Shown here in pieces: positions 1 through 7,751 of a stretch of DNA of 64,000 nucleotides. Origin of the DNA: an uncultured Holophaga sp. (GTDB lineage: Bacteria > Acidobacteriota > Holophagae > Holophagales > Holophagaceae); the NCBI GenBank assembly GCA_963664825.1, contig OY761614.1:256001-320000 (forward strand), read 5' to 3'. Below the pieces are notes generated by a model that saw only the letters and a program-made list of their open reading frames with translations, did no database searches and was not told where the DNA came from. The position numbers and the translations under genes are program-made. Numbering within the stretch: position 1 is the stretch's first letter; every line of letters begins with the position of its first letter.

Positions 1-45
1 GAACGGTGCGGAGATTTCTCCGTGCCTCCTCTGTTGGAGCACCCT

Positions 46-1674
46 GTGACCAAACGGAGTATTTGGCGCCTTGCCGTGACGCTCTTCATCTGTGGCGTCT
101 GCGCCTACTTTTTCATCCCGACCTCGAAGATCCGTCTGGGCCTCGATCTGGCCGGCGGAGTCCACTTCGAACTCGAAGTCCAGGGCCACGAGGCCCTGGA
201 GGCCGATCTGCGGGATACCGCCGACCGGTTGCAGGACCGCCTGAAGGATAAGGGCCTGGCCGCAGCCTCCGTCAGGATCGATGGCTCCGCGGTGCGCATC
301 GAGGGTGTGCCTCCCGAGCAGAAGGCCGTGCTCGAAAAGGTCATGGGCACCTTCAACGGCTTCGACGCCAGTTTCGATGCCCAGGGCGCACGGATGGTCC
401 AGACCGCCTCCTACCAGAAGATGCTCAAGGAGGACGCCAGCAAGCGGGCCCTCCAGATCATCGAGAATCGCGTGAACCAGTTCGGCGTGGCCGAGCCGGA
501 GATCACCGCCAGCGGTGCCGATGGCAACCGCATCGTGGTGGAGCTCCCGGGCGTAGGCGAGGCCGAGCGCGAGCGCATCAAGAACCTGCTCTCCACTCCT
601 GGCCGCCTCGAACAGCGCATCAAGGCCAAGCAGGATCCCACGGGCTATCGAGGCTTCCCCACCCGGGAGGCCGCCATGACCCTCTTCAACGGTCAGCTCC
701 CTCCCAATACGGAGCTCCTCCCCGAACTCGAGAGCGAGCGGGATCTGCGCCGGGAAGGCAAGACCGTGGCCGTCAAGGGCAAGGCCGAAGAGAAGATCAA
801 GTGCTGGCACCTGGTCGAGACCAAGGTCTACGTGAACGGTGGGGATATCACCGATGCCCACCGCGCCGTCAACCCCACCACCGACGCCAGCGAGATCAAC
901 TTCACCCTGAACCGCAAGGGGGGCGATGATTTCGCCAACCTCACGAGCATCGCCTCCGATGAGGGCCGCCTCATCTCCATCGTCCTGGACCGCAAGGTCG
1001 TCAGCAACCTCTCCTGCAAGGAGCGCATCGCCGGAGGCAGCGTAAGGGTGAGCGGCACCTTCAGCAAGGAGGAGGCCGAGGACTTCGCCCTGAAGCTCAA
1101 GAGCGGCTCCATGCGCGCCTCCATGAAGTTCCTGGAGGAGAAGTCCATGGGCCCCAGCCTGGGCGCCGATTCCATCAAATCCGGCGTACTCGCGGCCCTC
1201 CTGGGCTTTGGCACGATCATCATCTTCATGCTCTTCTACTACAAGTGGTCCGGCCTCAACGCCATCGTGGCCCTCACGGTGAACCTCATCGTGATGCTCG
1301 GCCTCCTGGGATCCTTCAATGCCGTGCTCACGTTACCGGGCATCGCGGGCTTCGCCCTCACCCTGGGCATGGCGGTGGACGCCAATATCCTGATCTTCGA
1401 ACGCATCCGGGAGGAATTGAAGACCGGCAAGAGCGTAGCAGGCGCCATCCAGGCCGGCTTCGACCGGGTGTTCTGGACCATCGTCGATAGCCACGTCACC
1501 CAGCTGTTTTCGGCCATGCTGCTCTTCATCTTCGGCACAGGCCCCGTGAAGGGCTTCGCCGTCACGCTCACCGTGGGCATTGTCGCCTCGCTCTTCACCA
1601 GCATCTACATCAGCCGATTCATCTACGACTGGGTCCTGGAACACCATCCCGGCACCAAGACCCTCTCCGTCTGA
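46..1674 (+). CDS. secD: Protein translocase subunit SecD
   Basis: Motifs LGLDLAGG, ENRVNQFGVAEP, GPSLGADSI, LTLPGIAG, GMAVDANILIFERIREE and GPVKGFAVTL. GTG at 46 follows GGAG (ORF track starts at 22). Confidence 0.97.
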   Translation: MTKRSIWRLAVTLFICGVCAYFFIPTSKIRLGLDLAGGVHFELEVQGHEALEADLRDTADRLQDRLKDKGLAAASVRIDGSAVRIEGVPPEQKAVLEKVMGTFNGFDASFDAQGARMVQTASYQKMLKEDASKRALQIIENRVNQFGVAEPEITASGADGNRIVVELPGVGEAERERIKNLLSTPGRLEQRIKAKQDPTGYRGFPTREAAMTLFNGQLPPNTELLPELESERDLRREGKTVAVKGKAEEKIKCWHLVETKVYVNGGDITDAHRAVNPTTDASEINFTLNRKGGDDFANLTSIASDEGRLISIVLDRKVVSNLSCKERIAGGSVRVSGTFSKEEAEDFALKLKSGSMRASMKFLEEKSMGPSLGADSIKSGVLAALLGFGTIIIFMLFYYKWSGLNAIVALTVNLIVMLGLLGSFNAVLTLPGIAGFALTLGMAVDANILIFERIREELKTGKSVAGAIQAGFDRVFWTIVDSHVTQLFSAMLLFIFGTGPVKGFAVTLTVGIVASLFTSIYISRFIYDWVLEHHPGTKTLSV

Positions 1675-1768
1675 TGGCCCATCGCTTCGCATCCCTTCGC
1701 GAGACTCGGACCTTCCCACTCACGCCTCCGACCTCTCTGTTGTCCTTCGGCTCCTCCTTCGTGGCGGC

Positions 1769-2980
1769 ATGACCATGCGCATCTTCGATAATCTCCCCCA
1801 CATCGACTTCATGAAATACAAGGCCATCGCCTTGTCCATCTCCTGGGGTCTCATCATCGTCTGCCTGACGGCGGCCATGCCCTGGAAGGGTTCGGGCAGC
1901 CGCGTGAAGCTGGGCATGCAGTTCACCGGCGGCATCGATATGCAGGTGCGCTTCAAGGGCGATGTGCACCAGGACATCATCCGCACGGCCCTCGGCCACG
2001 GGGGATTCCCGGATGCCGCGGTGGTCGCCTACCAGGGCCCCGCCGGGTTCAAGGACTATTCCATCAAGGTCAAGGCCCGCAAGGGGCAGGACGAGAAGGA
2101 TTCCACCGCCCAGATCAACAAGATCCGCGACATCCTGCGGAGCCTCGACGCCCATGCCGCCCAGGATCATCGCCCCGATCTCAACACCGAGGGCGCCCTT
2201 GCCCTCACGGATCAGTGGACGAAATCCAACCCCCTCAATATCCAGGGGGACGAGACGGCTCTCCGTCAGGCCTACGAGCCCCTGGTGAAGAAGATCGCCG
2301 ATACCCGCGAGAAGTTCGCGCCCATGACCAGCTTCGATCAGCTGCCCAAGGACCTGCCCAAGGTGCTCACCGATCAGCTCCGGACAAACTATCGCCTGGG
2401 GATGCTGTCCTTCCAGAAAAACGAGAGTTTCTCCCCCAGCATCTCCGGCGAATGGACCCGCAAGACGCTCACCGCCGTGGCCTGGGCGCTCGGCGCCATC
2501 ATGCTCTACGTGATGCTCCGCTTCACCTGGAGCTTTGCCGTCGGTGGCATCGTCTCCCTCATCCACGACATCCTCATGGCCATCGGCATCTTCACCCTCT
2601 TCGGCTTCGAATATTCCGTGCCGGTGGTGGCCAGCTTCCTGATCCTCATCGGGTATTCCATGGCCGACACCATCGTGGTCTTCGATCGCATCCGCGAGAA
2701 CAGCCACAAGCCCGAGTACCGCAGGACGACCATCAGCCAGCTGGTGAACGATTCCATCAACCAGACCCTCAGCCGCACGATCCTCACCTCCATGTCCGTG
2801 CTCTTCGTGGCGGTCTGCCTGTTCATGTGGGGCGGCCCGGCCCTGCGGGATCTCAGCTTCCCGCTGGTCATCGGCGTCATCACCGGCACCTACAGTTCCA
2901 TCTACATCGCCAGCCCCGTGGTCGTCTACTGGGAGAAGTGGTTCCCCCGGCACGATAGCCTCAAACAGAAGCACGCCTGA
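1769..2980 (+). CDS. secF: Protein translocase subunit SecF
   Basis: Motifs LGMQFTGG, IGYSMADTIVVFDRIREN, SINQTLSRTILTS and GTYSSIYIASP. Follows secD; start at ATG 1769 or 1775. Confidence 0.96.
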   Translation: MTMRIFDNLPHIDFMKYKAIALSISWGLIIVCLTAAMPWKGSGSRVKLGMQFTGGIDMQVRFKGDVHQDIIRTALGHGGFPDAAVVAYQGPAGFKDYSIKVKARKGQDEKDSTAQINKIRDILRSLDAHAAQDHRPDLNTEGALALTDQWTKSNPLNIQGDETALRQAYEPLVKKIADTREKFAPMTSFDQLPKDLPKVLTDQLRTNYRLGMLSFQKNESFSPSISGEWTRKTLTAVAWALGAIMLYVMLRFTWSFAVGGIVSLIHDILMAIGIFTLFGFEYSVPVVASFLILIGYSMADTIVVFDRIRENSHKPEYRRTTISQLVNDSINQTLSRTILTSMSVLFVAVCLFMWGGPALRDLSFPLVIGVITGTYSSIYIASPVVVYWEKWFPRHDSLKQKHA

Positions 2981-2982
2981 AA

Positions 2983-3090
2983 AAGGTGCTGCTCCGGGCA
3001 GCCGCCGAGACACGAGGCGGCGTGGAGCAGGACGAGCCAGGCTCGGGCGAAGCCCGAACTGGAGCGACCTGCGACCCGGAGTGCCCGACA
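2983..3090 (+). repeat. Structured ~110-nt intergenic repeat, copy A (AAGGTGC...CCCGACA family)
   Basis: Nested stems ctccggg/cccggag, gccgcc/ggcggc, gcagg/cctgc and tcgggc-gaa-gcccga. Same termini and internal motifs as the reverse complement of 25545-25657. Confidence 0.6.
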
Positions 3091-3124
3091 TAAGAGAAAC
3101 GGCCCTCGCGGGCCGTTTCTCTTA
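3091..3124. terminator. Bidirectional intrinsic terminator between secF and the S9 peptidase
   Basis: taagagaaacggccc-tcgc-gggccgtttctctta, a 15-bp perfect stem between convergent genes. Confidence 0.8.
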
Positions 3125-4129
3125 CCTCAAGTGCTTCGCCAGGAACTCGTAGATCTCCTGGCGGGACTCTTGAGCTAGGCTCGTATCGATGCGATTGAAG
3201 GAATGGCCACCGGGGGCGTCCACGTAGATCCGGGACTGGACGTCCTTTCCGGCGGCCTTGAGGGCCCGGAGGAGCTGTTCGACCTCCACCACGTTCACGT
3301 CCCGATCATTGGTGGTGGAATGCACCAGCAACGGGGTCTTCAGCTTCTGGACATTCCAGACGGGGCTGCGCTTGCGGAAGCGTTCCACATCCTCGGTGGC
3401 CGTCTTCCCGAAGAGGCCCCGGATCACCTTCTCGTCCTTGTACTCGTCTCCCGCGTAGCCCAGCCGGGCCAGGAGATCCGATACCGGCACGCCCGCGTAG
3501 GCCGCCTTGAACTTCTCGGGATGATCGAAGACCGCCATCAGGGCGATGAGGCCGCCGTGGCTCCAGCCCACCATGGCGCAGCGAGCGCCATCCACGAAGG
3601 GCAGATGTTCCACGGCCCAGTCCCGGCCCGCCACCACATCCTCGATCTCCAGGCCGCCGTAATCGGCGGCATCGAAGTATTCCTTCCCGTAGCCCGTGGA
3701 GCCACGGTATTCGGGGGCCACCACCACATAGCCCCGCTCCAACATCTCCCGCACGATGTGGACATGGTAGGTGCCGAAATCGGCGTGGGTGCCGCCATGG
3801 GGCAGCACCAGCAGCGGATGCTTCTTCGTGCGGTCCAGCTTCCGAGGCACGAAGACGTACTGGTAGACCTTCATGGGGTGGCGCTCGTTCTTGATCCCGT
3901 AGGTCTCCTCGGCCTTGGGATTGGGGGGTCCCACGTAGGTCACCTTGTCCACCTCGGCGATATCCGAGAGCCGCTGGAACCACAGCACGTCATCGGTGGC
4001 CTTGCGCAGCGAGGCCAATTCCCACTGGACGGCTTCCAGCTTCCGGGTCCCCTCGGATTCCTGGGCCGCCAGGAAGGGCAGTCCGAGCAGGAATGCGGCG
4101 GGCACGGCGAAATACCGGTGACGATCCAT
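3122..4129 (-). CDS. Secreted S9 (prolyl oligopeptidase-family) peptidase
   Basis: Signal peptide; PHGG, EYRGSTGYG, nucleophile GWSHGG, Asp in NDRDV and His in GGHSF. Confidence 0.9.
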   Translation of the reverse strand: MDRHRYFAVPAAFLLGLPFLAAQESEGTRKLEAVQWELASLRKATDDVLWFQRLSDIAEVDKVTYVGPPNPKAEETYGIKNERHPMKVYQYVFVPRKLDRTKKHPLLVLPHGGTHADFGTYHVHIVREMLERGYVVVAPEYRGSTGYGKEYFDAADYGGLEIEDVVAGRDWAVEHLPFVDGARCAMVGWSHGGLIALMAVFDHPEKFKAAYAGVPVSDLLARLGYAGDEYKDEKVIRGLFGKTATEDVERFRKRSPVWNVQKLKTPLLVHSTTNDRDVNVVEVEQLLRALKAAGKDVQSRIYVDAPGGHSFNRIDTSLAQESRQEIYEFLAKHLR

Positions 4130-4228
4130 GGCAGAACCTCCAAGCGATAAAAGGGATCCACGCCAAGCCTATCGCGATTGCCCTCGTGTAAGATGGGGCC
4201 ACCCAACTCCACCCATAAGGAAGGCGCC

Positions 4229-5440
4229 ATGCAGAGACTCCAGGGCAAGGCCGTGGTCGCCCAAGGGGGAGGCCCTACGGCTGTAATCAACCAAAGCCTC
4301 GTGGGCGTGGTCCTAGAGGCCCGGAAATACCCCTTCATCACCCAGGTCTACGGGGCCCGCTACGGCGTGCGAGGCATCCTCCAGGAGGATTTCGTGGATC
4401 TCTCCCAGGCCACCACCCACAACATGGAGATGGTGGCCATCACGCCCTCTTCGGCGCTGGGTTCCACCCGGGACAAGCCCGACGAGGAATACTGCGCCCG
4501 CATGGTGGAGGTCTTCCAGAAGCACGAGGTGCGCTACTTCTTCTACATCGGCGGCAACGACTCCGCCGAGACCTGCCGCATCGTCTCGGGCTTTGCCCGG
4601 GAGCGGAACTACGATCTGCGGGTCATGCACATCCCCAAGACCATCGATAACGATCTCCTGGTGACCGATCACTGCCCGGGTTTCGGCAGCGCCTCCAAGT
4701 TCGTGGTGAGCGCCTTCGCGGGCCTGGATCTGGACAACTACGCCATCCCCGGAGTCTTCGTGGGGGTGGTCATGGGCCGCAGCGCGGGATTCCTCACGGC
4801 CTCCTCCGTCTTCGCCCGGCGCTGGCCCCACGACGGCCCCCACCTCATCTACGTCCCGGAGGCCCCCTTCGCCATGGAGCGCTTCCTGAGGGATGTGGAC
4901 CGAGTCTATAGCGAGCATGGCCGTTGCGTGGTCGCGGTCTGTGAGGGCATCGTCTCCGAGGACGGGGAGCCCATGCTCGCCAAGCTCAACGCGGAACAGG
5001 AGCGCGACCCCTTCGGCAACGTCCAACTCTCCGGCCGCAGCACCCTGGGCGACGCCCTCTCGGACGCCATCAAATCCCAGCTCAAGATCAAGCGGGTGCG
5101 CTGCGATACCTTCGGGTATCTCCAGCGTTCCTTCCTGGGGGTGATCTCGGAGGTGGATTCCAGCGAGGCCCGGGACGTGGGGGAAACCGCCGTCCACTTC
5201 GCCGTGCACCGGGAGCAGAGCGGTTCGGTGGCCATCCGCCGCACCGGGGACTACTCTGTGGATTACTTCGTGACCCCCCTGGAGACGGTGGCTGCAAGCA
5301 CCAAGGCCCTGCCCCCATGCTTCCTCCGAAACGGGAGCGACATCAGCGAGACCTTCAAGGACTATTGCCGCCCCCTCATGGGCCCCCTGCCCCAATTCGA
5401 CCGACTCATCGCCCCCCCAGTGGATCTCGATTCAATCTAG
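4229..5440 (+). CDS. pfp: 6-phosphofructokinase, probably pyrophosphate-dependent
   Basis: Motifs QGGGPTAVIN, IGGNDS (Asp at the PPi-specificity position), PKTIDND and MGRSAG. ATG 4229 follows AAGGAAGG. Confidence 0.88.
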   Translation: MQRLQGKAVVAQGGGPTAVINQSLVGVVLEARKYPFITQVYGARYGVRGILQEDFVDLSQATTHNMEMVAITPSSALGSTRDKPDEEYCARMVEVFQKHEVRYFFYIGGNDSAETCRIVSGFARERNYDLRVMHIPKTIDNDLLVTDHCPGFGSASKFVVSAFAGLDLDNYAIPGVFVGVVMGRSAGFLTASSVFARRWPHDGPHLIYVPEAPFAMERFLRDVDRVYSEHGRCVVAVCEGIVSEDGEPMLAKLNAEQERDPFGNVQLSGRSTLGDALSDAIKSQLKIKRVRCDTFGYLQRSFLGVISEVDSSEARDVGETAVHFAVHREQSGSVAIRRTGDYSVDYFVTPLETVAASTKALPPCFLRNGSDISETFKDYCRPLMGPLPQFDRLIAPPVDLDSI

Positions 5441-5449
5441 AGAAAGGAA

Positions 5450-6103
5450 GTGCCCATGCTCCGAATGGCCTTCGGGCTTCTCCTCGCCGCCACAGTCAGC
5501 GCCCAATCCGCGCAGCCGACCAAACCCCTCCAGCTTCCCCCCATCCAGCCGAGCGCCGCCTCCCTCGATAGGGCCCTCCAGGAGCGACAGACCCGCCGGG
5601 ATCTGACAGGCCCAGCCCTTTCCCTCCCGGAGGCCGCCCGTCTGCTCTGGAGCGCCCAGGGGGAGAACCGCCCCGGCAAGCGCACGGTCCCCAGCGCCCG
5701 CGCCCGCTATCCCCTGGAACTCTACCTGCTCACCGAGGGCAGCCCTTCCCTGCCTGCGGGGTTCTACCGCTACCTGCCCCGGGAACATGCCCTCCAGAAG
5801 CTGGGCGACAGGGGCGTGGACGCCCTGCTGGGGCCGCTCAAGGGCATGCAGCCCTGGATTGCCAAGGCTCCTGCGGTCTTCCTCTTCACCGGCGTGCCCA
5901 GCCGCCTGGGGGGCTCCCGGCAGGATGTCTATACCTTCTGGGAGAGCGGCGCAGCCACCCAGGCCCTGTTGCTCCAGGCCACAGCCATGGGCCTCGGCAG
6001 CGGCGTAGCCTCCGGGATCGACTTCCCGAGCCTCCAGGTCGCGCTGGCACTGCCCCCGGGGGAGCAGTCCACCGTCGTGGTCGCCCTGGGACACTTCAAA
6101 TAG
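5450..6103 (+). CDS. SagB/ThcOx-like nitroreductase-family protein with N-terminal signal peptide
   Basis: ALQERQTRRD, LLWSAQG, TVPSARARYPLELY and ESGAATQALLLQATAMGLG; hydrophobic N-terminus ending VSA. Confidence 0.85.
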   Translation: MPMLRMAFGLLLAATVSAQSAQPTKPLQLPPIQPSAASLDRALQERQTRRDLTGPALSLPEAARLLWSAQGENRPGKRTVPSARARYPLELYLLTEGSPSLPAGFYRYLPREHALQKLGDRGVDALLGPLKGMQPWIAKAPAVFLFTGVPSRLGGSRQDVYTFWESGAATQALLLQATAMGLGSGVASGIDFPSLQVALALPPGEQSTVVVALGHFK

Positions 6104-6104
6104 A

Positions 6105-6144
6105 GAACCGGGAAGACCAGGCCTGCGCCCCGTCTTCCCGGTTC
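6105..6144. terminator. Hairpin / likely terminator between convergent genes
   Basis: gaaccgggaagac...gtcttcccggttc, a 13-bp stem. Confidence 0.6.
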
Positions 6145-6175
6145 GGATACATCCCTTGCCCTCAGTGGAGGAAGA

Positions 6176-7546
6176 TCAAGCCCAGGCGAAATCGGCCACG
6201 AAGTGGCGCAGGAACTTGGGCTGCTTGATGATCTTGACGCCGCGGATGCTCTTGGCGTGGGCCTTGGCATCGGCGATGACCTCGGCGGCGAAGTCGAAGT
6301 GGGACTGGGTGTACATCCGGCGGGGGAAGGCCAGGCGCACCAGTTCCATGCTGTGGTAGGTCTCTGTGCCATCGTCGAGGTGCTTGCCGAACATCACCGA
6401 TCCGATCTCCACGCCCCGGATGCCGCCCTCCAGGTAGAGCGCGTTGCAGAGGGCCCAGGCGGGATACTGTTCCACGGGCATATCCGGTAGCACGGTCTTG
6501 GCATCGATGTAGACGGCGTGACCGCCCGTGGGTTTCACGAAGCCGATGCCCGCAGCCTCCAGCTTCTCGCCCAGGTATTCGGCGGTGCGCAGACGATAGC
6601 GCAGGTAGCTCTCGTCCATGCCCTCCTCCAGGCCCACGGCCATGGCCTCCAGATCACGCCCGGCCAAGCCGCCATAGGTGAGGAAGCCCTCGGCGAGGAT
6701 CAGCATCTCGTTGACCTGGTCCAGCCATTCGCCGTCCCGCAGCATGATGAAGCCGCCGATATTGACCAGGGCGTCCTTCTTGGCGCTCATGGTGCAGCCG
6801 TCGGCATAGGAGAACATCTCCTGGCAGATGGCCTTGATGCTCGTGTTCTGGTAGCCATCCTCGCGCATCTTGATGAACATGGCGTTTTCCGCGAAGCGGC
6901 AAACATCCATGATGAGCTTCTTGCCATATTTCTTCAGGAGCTGGCTGTAGGCGCGGATATTGGCCATGGACACGGGCTGTCCGCCGCCGGTGTTGTTGGT
7001 GACGGTGATCATGCCGAAGGGGATGCGGTGGCCATCCTTCTTCAGGACTTCTTCCACCCGGGCCAGATCGATATTGCCCTTGAAGGGGTGGATGAGGGCG
7101 GGCTGGAGCCCCTCGGGGATCACCAGGTCCACGGCCTCCACTCCCAGGAACTCCAGGTTGCCCCGGGTGGTATCGAAGTGGCAGTTGTTGAGGACCAGGT
7201 CGCCCTTCTTGCAGACGGCGCCGAAGAGCACCTTCTCCGCGGCGCGGCCCTGGTGGGTGGGGATGAAGTGGGGCATTCCCGTGATGTCCTGGAGCACGGA
7301 CTGGAGACGGTAGAAGCTCTTGGCGCCGGCATAGGATTCGTCGCCGATCATGATGGCGCCCCACTGGGCGGAGCTCATGGCGCCGGTGCCGGAATCCGTG
7401 AGCCAGTCGATGAGGACATCCTCGGCGCGGAGCTTGAAGACATTGAGATTGGCTGCCTCGAGCAGCTTCACCCGGTCCTCTCGGGTGGTCATACGGATGG
7501 GTTCCACGGACTTGATGCGGAAGGGTTCGATCATGGTCTTGGGCAT
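6176..7546 (-). CDS. tnaA: Tryptophanase (PLP-dependent beta-eliminating lyase)
   Basis: EPFRIKSVE, LTDSGT, GDESYAG, HQGRAAE and PLP lysine SAKKD. C-terminal LRHF is tryptophanase-type; tyrosine phenol-lyase has LRFF. Confidence 0.9.
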   Translation of the reverse strand: MPKTMIEPFRIKSVEPIRMTTREDRVKLLEAANLNVFKLRAEDVLIDWLTDSGTGAMSSAQWGAIMIGDESYAGAKSFYRLQSVLQDITGMPHFIPTHQGRAAEKVLFGAVCKKGDLVLNNCHFDTTRGNLEFLGVEAVDLVIPEGLQPALIHPFKGNIDLARVEEVLKKDGHRIPFGMITVTNNTGGGQPVSMANIRAYSQLLKKYGKKLIMDVCRFAENAMFIKMREDGYQNTSIKAICQEMFSYADGCTMSAKKDALVNIGGFIMLRDGEWLDQVNEMLILAEGFLTYGGLAGRDLEAMAVGLEEGMDESYLRYRLRTAEYLGEKLEAAGIGFVKPTGGHAVYIDAKTVLPDMPVEQYPAWALCNALYLEGGIRGVEIGSVMFGKHLDDGTETYHSMELVRLAFPRRMYTQSHFDFAAEVIADAKAHAKSIRGVKIIKQPKFLRHFVADFAWA

Positions 7547-7751
7547 GGAATGGCCTCGTTCGGTGGTTCGAAGGGATGAGAGATGGGGAGATTTTGGAGC
7601 CAGGCGCGGGGCGGAGAACCTTCCCCGCGCCCCCAGGACTCAGTTCTCCGCGCAGGCGGACCTCGCCTCGTGCTCGGCTCGGCGGCACATCCTGCGGCCT
7701 CCCGGGGCCGTTTCGAATCGATCCAGAGCCATTGGTTTCGATGGTATCCGA

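Noticed and set aside
5450..6103. RiPP (azole) biosynthetic cluster around the SagB-like gene
   Set aside because: No YcaO, precursor peptide or transporter is nearby.
6176..7546. Tyrosine phenol-lyase assignment
   Set aside because: The C-terminal LRHF motif is tryptophanase-type.
7640..7732. Possible TnaC-like leader peptide upstream of tnaA
   Set aside because: The short minus-strand ORF (MALDRFETAPGGRRMCRRAEHEARSACAEN) has no Trp and no terminal Pro-stop.
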